DNA of 64,000 nucleotides from Naegleria gruberi (Eukaryota): NCBI GenBank assembly GCA_000004985.1, contig GG738888.1; one strand, 5' to 3'. Shown piece by piece: positions 59,855 to 64,000 of this stretch (position 1 is its first letter; each line of letters starts with the position of its first letter). The notes under the pieces were generated by a model. It saw only the letters and a program-made list of their open reading frames with translations, ran no database searches and was not told where the DNA came from. The position numbers and the translations under genes were made by a program.

Positions 59855-60300
59855 ACTTGAAGATATTGATCCATCAATATGAAACTTTCACAGATTGTTC
59901 TCCTCATCAAGGGGAGTGTATTCATATATGCTACAAGTATGATATTTTGTAAATTGACTGAGATGGTATACATTCTATATGTTGAAATGTGACAATTTGA
60001 CAGATTGTTATTATTATCATACTGAATTCAATTCTAACAGACTAAAACTGATACCATATGTATAACAGCGTGATTAAACGTACATGGTAAAGTTACACGA
60101 TGATAGGATGTACTTTCGCTGAGATAGAGCGTACACTTGGATATAATCACTCTTGACATTGAACATTAACTGATTGACTGAATGAAAATATCATGAATTG
60201 TTTTTAAACTTGTATAGATGTATATAAATGGTGTACAGAATGTGTGTTATCAATTCTAGACTAATTACATATAAAATAAGTGATTTGGAGCATAGTCTTT
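59855..60300. repeat. ~430-bp dispersed repeat, copy 2 (downstream of gene copy B)
   Basis: See 51270-51700. Confidence 0.7.
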
Positions 60301-60784
60301 GATTTTATGTCAAAGTTCTATAGTAAAATGATAGAGTTGTCGACTCAATATCTACTGAGCCAATATTCATGAAATTGATACCATATGCTAATTAGAGTGT
60401 CTACATATCATGATATTAATTTCAGTGAAAATGGAGTTGTTTCCATATCTTTCAGATTTCCAGCCATTCCATTGAAATACCACCATGTACTATCTACCGG
60501 ATGTATTTCTTGAAATGAAATTATATAATTTGATGAAAGTACACTTTATTTGAGATGTAGAACTCGATATTATCATTTATTTTGAGATTGGTAACTTTTC
60601 CTATAGTGTCATCCTTAATTGTCTTAATTGACCAAAAGAGGTAAAGGAGAGATTTCAAAACATAAAATAAATTATATTTTCGAGATGTACTAATGATTTC
60701 CAATCGATTGATATGTATTTTGTTGATTGAGGATTTGGTTCTCTATATTCAAGATTTCCTCCTGATCCTCCAAAGGGGATCCTC

Positions 60785-62906
60785 ANNNNNNNNNNNNNNN
60801 NNNNNNNNNNNNNNNNNNNNNNNNNNNNNNNNNNNNNNNNNNNNNNNNNNNNNNNNNNNNNNNNNNNNNNNNNNNNNNNNNNNNNNNNNNNNNNNNNNNN
60901 NNNNNNNNNNNNNNNNNNNNNNNNNNNNNNNNNNNNNNNNNNNNNNNNNNNNNNNNNNNNNNNNNNNNNNNNNNNNNNNNNNNNNNNNNNNNNNNNNNNN
61001 NNNNNNNNNNNNNNNNNNNNNNNNNNNNNNNNNNNNNNNNNNNNNNNNNNNNNNNNNNNNNNNNNNNNNNNNNNNNNNNNNNNNNNNNNNNNNNNNNNNN
61101 NNNNNNNNNNNNNNNNNNNNNNNNNNNNNNNNNNNNNNNNNNNNNNNNNNNNNNNNNNNNNNNNNNNNNNNNNNNNNNNNNNNNNNNNNNNNNNNNNNNN
61201 NNNNNNNNNNNNNNNNNNNNNNNNNNNNNNNNNNNNNNNNNNNNNNNNNNNNNNNNNNNNNNNNNNNNNNNNNNNNNNNNNNNNNNNNNNNNNNNNNNNN
61301 NNNNNNNNNNNNNNNNNNNNNNNNNNNNNNNNNNNNNNNNNNNNNNNNNNNNNNNNNNNNNNNNNNNNNNNNNNNNNNNNNNNNNNNNNNNNNNNNNNNN
61401 NNNNNNNNNNNNNNNNNNNNNNNNNNNNNNNNNNNNNNNNNNNNNNNNNNNNNNNNNNNNNNNNNNNNNNNNNNNNNNNNNNNNNNNNNNNNNNNNNNNN
61501 NNNNNNNNNNNNNNNNNNNNNNNNNNNNNNNNNNNNNNNNNNNNNNNNNNNNNNNNNNNNNNNNNNNNNNNNNNNNNNNNNNNNNNNNNNNNNNNNNNNN
61601 NNNNNNNNNNNNNNNNNNNNNNNNNNNNNNNNNNNNNNNNNNNNNNNNNNNNNNNNNNNNNNNNNNNNNNNNNNNNNNNNNNNNNNNNNNNNNNNNNNNN
61701 NNNNNNNNNNNNNNNNNNNNNNNNNNNNNNNNNNNNNNNNNNNNNNNNNNNNNNNNNNNNNNNNNNNNNNNNNNNNNNNNNNNNNNNNNNNNNNNNNNNN
61801 NNNNNNNNNNNNNNNNNNNNNNNNNNNNNNNNNNNNNNNNNNNNNNNNNNNNNNNNNNNNNNNNNNNNNNNNNNNNNNNNNNNNNNNNNNNNNNNNNNNN
61901 NNNNNNNNNNNNNNNNNNNNNNNNNNNNNNNNNNNNNNNNNNNNNNNNNNNNNNNNNNNNNNNNNNNNNNNNNNNNNNNNNNNNNNNNNNNNNNNNNNNN
62001 NNNNNNNNNNNNNNNNNNNNNNNNNNNNNNNNNNNNNNNNNNNNNNNNNNNNNNNNNNNNNNNNNNNNNNNNNNNNNNNNNNNNNNNNNNNNNNNNNNNN
62101 NNNNNNNNNNNNNNNNNNNNNNNNNNNNNNNNNNNNNNNNNNNNNNNNNNNNNNNNNNNNNNNNNNNNNNNNNNNNNNNNNNNNNNNNNNNNNNNNNNNN
62201 NNNNNNNNNNNNNNNNNNNNNNNNNNNNNNNNNNNNNNNNNNNNNNNNNNNNNNNNNNNNNNNNNNNNNNNNNNNNNNNNNNNNNNNNNNNNNNNNNNNN
62301 NNNNNNNNNNNNNNNNNNNNNNNNNNNNNNNNNNNNNNNNNNNNNNNNNNNNNNNNNNNNNNNNNNNNNNNNNNNNNNNNNNNNNNNNNNNNNNNNNNNN
62401 NNNNNNNNNNNNNNNNNNNNNNNNNNNNNNNNNNNNNNNNNNNNNNNNNNNNNNNNNNNNNNNNNNNNNNNNNNNNNNNNNNNNNNNNNNNNNNNNNNNN
62501 NNNNNNNNNNNNNNNNNNNNNNNNNNNNNNNNNNNNNNNNNNNNNNNNNNNNNNNNNNNNNNNNNNNNNNNNNNNNNNNNNNNNNNNNNNNNNNNNNNNN
62601 NNNNNNNNNNNNNNNNNNNNNNNNNNNNNNNNNNNNNNNNNNNNNNNNNNNNNNNNNNNNNNNNNNNNNNNNNNNNNNNNNNNNNNNNNNNNNNNNNNNN
62701 NNNNNNNNNNNNNNNNNNNNNNNNNNNNNNNNNNNNNNNNNNNNNNNNNNNNNNNNNNNNNNNNNNNNNNNNNNNNNNNNNNNNNNNNNNNNNNNNNNNN
62801 NNNNNNNNNNNNNNNNNNNNNNNNNNNNNNNNNNNNNNNNNNNNNNNNNNNNNNNNNNNNNNNNNNNNNNNNNNNNNNNNNNNNNNNNNNNNNNNNNNNN
62901 NNNNNN
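60785..62906. other. Assembly gap (2122 N)
   Basis: Run of N. Confidence 1.
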
Positions 62907-63568
62907 GATATTATAATTGAAAGATTTAAAAATTAATATGATTTCATTATCTTGACATTCATTATTCTCATGATTACACTCCTGACATGTTGAATGATTT
63001 CAAATTGTCATGAAACTGATACAGTGGTGTTTATTCATCATTGGTAAGGTGCTGTATCAATTTCATGATGATCTGTATAGTAGATGTCATTGTCACAACC
63101 CTGTAGGTATCAAGTGGATCAGCCATGTACCATGTATGATATGGATGAATGTCAAAATGATATTAATGTATTTAATTATCATGTACAGATGTATTGGAAG
63201 TGAATTGAAGTGGAACAGATTTCTATCTTCAATGTTAGAATGGGTCCGTTGACAAGTTGAATAGTAAATATCCTGAAATGATACCAAAGTATTTGAAATT
63301 GATATGTATTGTTATAAACATGATTTATAATGTGATATATTGATTTGAATTGATTTTGAAATGTTTTCATTGATATTAAAATTGTCTAATCTATTATATG
63401 AAATTAACTTAAATAAGTCATTATAACGATGTAATATTATGTTATATTATGATTATATATTCAATTTGGAGTATATTGATATATAATATATTGATTTATA
63501 ATGAGTATTTATTGAGATAATTAATTAAGATGAATAAAAGTCAAAATGTTGGGTCTGACCTTAGTCGT

Positions 63569-64000
63569 GGGTTTGGGTTTGGGTTTGGGTTTGGGTTTGG
63601 GTTTGGGTTTGGGTTTGGGTTTGGGTTTGGGTTTGGGTTTGGGTTTGGGTTTGGGTTTGGGTTTGGGTTTGGGTTTGGGTTTGGGTTTGGGTTTGGGTTT
63701 GGGTTTGGGTTTGGGTTTGGGTTTGGGTTTGGGTTTGGGTTTGGGTTTGGGTTTGGGTTTGGGTTTGGGTTTGGGTTTGGGTTTGGGTTTGGGTTTGGGT
63801 TTGGGTTTGGGTTTGGGTTTGGGTTTGGGTTTGGGTTTGGGTTTGGGTTTGGGTTTGGGTTTGGGTTTGGGTTTGGGTTTGGGTTGGGTTTGGGTTTGGG
63901 TTTGGGTTTGGGTTTGGGTTTGGGTTTGGGTTTGGGTTTGGGTTTGGGTCCGGGTTTGGGTTTGGGTTTGGGTTTGGGTTTGGGTTTGGGTTTGGGTTTG
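63569..64000 (+). repeat. Telomere-like hexamer array (GGGTTT)n, ~72 units, extending to the window edge
   Basis: Near-perfect gggttt repeats from 63569 to the last base. Two imperfections (gggttggg at ~63885, gggtccggg at ~63950). The G-rich strand reads 5'->3' toward the end of the + strand, as expected for a right-arm telomere. Confidence 0.75.

Noticed and set aside
60693-62936. 747-aa ORF of X residues
   Set aside because: Translation through the 2122-N gap.
1-64000. Prokaryote-style features (Shine-Dalgarno sites, sigma70 promoters, rho-independent terminators, operons, CRISPR arrays)
   Set aside because: The sequence is eukaryotic (spliceosomal introns, signal peptides, LINE element, telomere-like end), so these feature classes do not apply.

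Overview
This is eukaryotic nuclear DNA, not prokaryotic. It is AT-rich and intron-poor, uses the standard genetic code, and has short GT-AG introns (mostly 38-50 nt, two of about 130 nt) clustered at gene 5' ends. Codon usage is yeast-like or amoeba-like (aag, ttg, cca, ggt, tct, aga). I cannot name the taxon from sequence alone; the gene content would fit an amoeboid protist. The ORF track used alternative start codons (TTG/GTG), so I re-derived true ATG starts and splice junctions by hand.

The first ~36 kb is gene-dense. It holds a partial multi-pass membrane protein gene running off the window start, a spliced F-box plus Ras-like GTPase gene, a SAM-domain protein, a K/E-rich protein, and an ABCC (MRP-type) transporter with a cryptic 5' exon. 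The ABCC gene is divergently arranged with a myosin II heavy-chain gene that has one 5' intron. After these come a repeat-containing secreted-type protein, a Stum/SPEC3-like small membrane protein, an F-box/ankyrin protein, a fibrinogen-related-domain (FReD) protein, a very unusual His/Lys-rich ultra-repetitive secreted protein carrying a frameshift, a Sel1-repeat protein and a large tenascin-type EGF-repeat protein.

The last ~28 kb looks subtelomeric. It contains a degenerate L1-like LINE flanked by 22-bp target-site duplications, a diverged ~550-bp repeat family and three N-gaps. It also contains an ~8-9 kb tandem segmental duplication carrying two ~99.4%-identical copies of a large secreted or type-I membrane protein gene (signal peptide, beta-propeller-like repeats, EGF repeats, one TM helix). 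Copy B is fully modelled with 7 exons. The window ends in a >430-bp (GGGTTT)n telomere-like array that runs to the window edge.
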